Shown piece by piece: positions 31,573 to 32,000 of a stretch of DNA of 32,000 nucleotides; positions within the stretch are counted from its first letter, which is position 1, and the number at the start of each line of letters is the position of its first letter. The position numbers and the translations under genes are program-made. The DNA is taken from positions 1,170,001 through 1,202,000 of the forward strand of contig NC_022093.1 of the NCBI RefSeq assembly GCF_000446015.1, in the 5' to 3' direction. This stretch comes from Thermofilum adornatum (lineage in GTDB: Archaea; Thermoproteota; Thermoprotei; Thermofilales; Thermofilaceae). Under the pieces are notes generated by a model. It worked only from the letters and a program-made list of their open reading frames with translations, was not told where the DNA came from and ran no database searches.

Positions 31573-32000
31573 ATGCCGACAATACTTGGAGAACTAACAG
31601 GCTTTGAAGCAAAGAATAATGTCTATATGTCGTTGCACCCTGTAATCAAAATATTAGTTCCTCTTTTTTTCTCTCTTGATGTCCTACTGATAAAGAACAT
31701 CCATTCGGCACTCATTCTCGTTTTCCTCGTCTTTGCTACTCTTCTCTTTGCTGGTGTCCCGTTGAGAATACTCAAGGGCTTCCTAATACTTATAACCAGT
31801 ATAAGCATCTTCATTGTTTTGAGTTTTATCCTGTTCACAAACGTCCCTGGAAACAAGTTATTTGAATACACCCTTCTCCAGGTCAACGCCGAGAAGGGCA
31901 CACTTGTCTGGAAGATAAGCATTACTGACAGCGCTCTTATCAAGGCAGGCATGTTTATCTTTAGGATACTCGCTATGATTTTCACTGCGACACTATTCGT
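31573..32000 (+). CDS. Energy-coupling-factor transporter T component (EcfT/CbiQ-like), 5' partial, continues past window end
   Basis: My own translation from ATG 31573 stays open to the window edge: MPTILGELTGFEAKNNVYMSLHPVIKILVPLFFSL...KISITDSALIKAGMFIFRILAMIFTATLF. The TM pattern and the xITxxgLxxaxxxxxRi segment fit CbiQ/EcfT. It is absent from the ORF track because no stop is reached. Confidence 0.5.
   Translation, partial: MPTILGELTGFEAKNNVYMSLHPVIKILVPLFFSLDVLLIKNIHSALILVFLVFATLLFAGVPLRILKGFLILITSISIFIVLSFILFTNVPGNKLFEYTLLQVNAEKGTLVWKISITDSALIKAGMFIFRILAMIFTATLF

Noticed and set aside
31623-31985. 120-aa minus-strand ORF listed in the track
   Set aside because: The opposite strand carries an open, hydrophobic EcfT-like frame tightly coupled to the upstream gene. 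The minus ORF looks spurious.
1-32000. Search for CRISPR arrays, tRNA/rRNA genes, IS elements, toxin-antitoxin or defence-system genes
   Set aside because: There are no spaced direct-repeat arrays and no cloverleaf-capable GC-rich segments in the short intergenic gaps. I recognised no nuclease, helicase, methylase or transposase motifs in any ORF.

Overview
This 32-kb window is gene-dense (about 35 intact genes) and looks like chromosome from a thermophilic archaeon, probably a crenarchaeon. First genes of transcription units have A/T-rich TATA-like boxes about 25-30 bp before the start codon. GGTGA/GGGGTGAT Shine-Dalgarno motifs occur only before internal operon genes, which often overlap by ATGA or GTGA. 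Gene ends carry oligo-T tracts, and AGG/AGA/ATA codons are heavily used. I cannot name the organism; a PTS next to a nuo operon recalls Thermofilum, but that is a guess.

Block 1 (1-12970, + strand) is respiratory. The tail of an upstream operon encodes a NuoK-like fragment, a NuoL/MrpA-like subunit and a NuoN/MrpD-like subunit. A separately promoted 11-gene nuoABCDHIJKMLN operon follows, with no nuoEFG.

Block 2 (13059-14896) holds a type I glutamine synthetase and a PfpI/DJ-1 protease.

Block 3 (14983-30696) is the most interesting part: a bacterial-type phosphotransferase system (PTS) island.
- It encodes Enzyme I and HPr.
- It has a complete mannose-family Enzyme II: EIIA, EIIB and a fused EIIC-EIID.
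- It has a complete ascorbate-family Enzyme II: EIIC, EIIB and EIIA, each on its own strand-switched unit.
- Interleaved genes are NagA, a GlmS paralogue lacking the catalytic Cys1, a ceramidase-like amidohydrolase and a Gfo/Idh/MocA dehydrogenase.
- Also interleaved are a UPF0309 SIS protein, a HAD-IIB phosphatase, an uncharacterised 295-aa protein and a candidate regulator that fuses an N-terminal helix-turn-helix (HTH) DNA-binding domain to a phosphoribosyltransferase (PRT) domain.

Block 4 (30766-32000) holds a polytopic membrane protein and the 5' part of an EcfT/CbiQ-like gene that runs off the window and is missing from the ORF track.

I found no rRNA, tRNA, CRISPR array, transposase or integrase.
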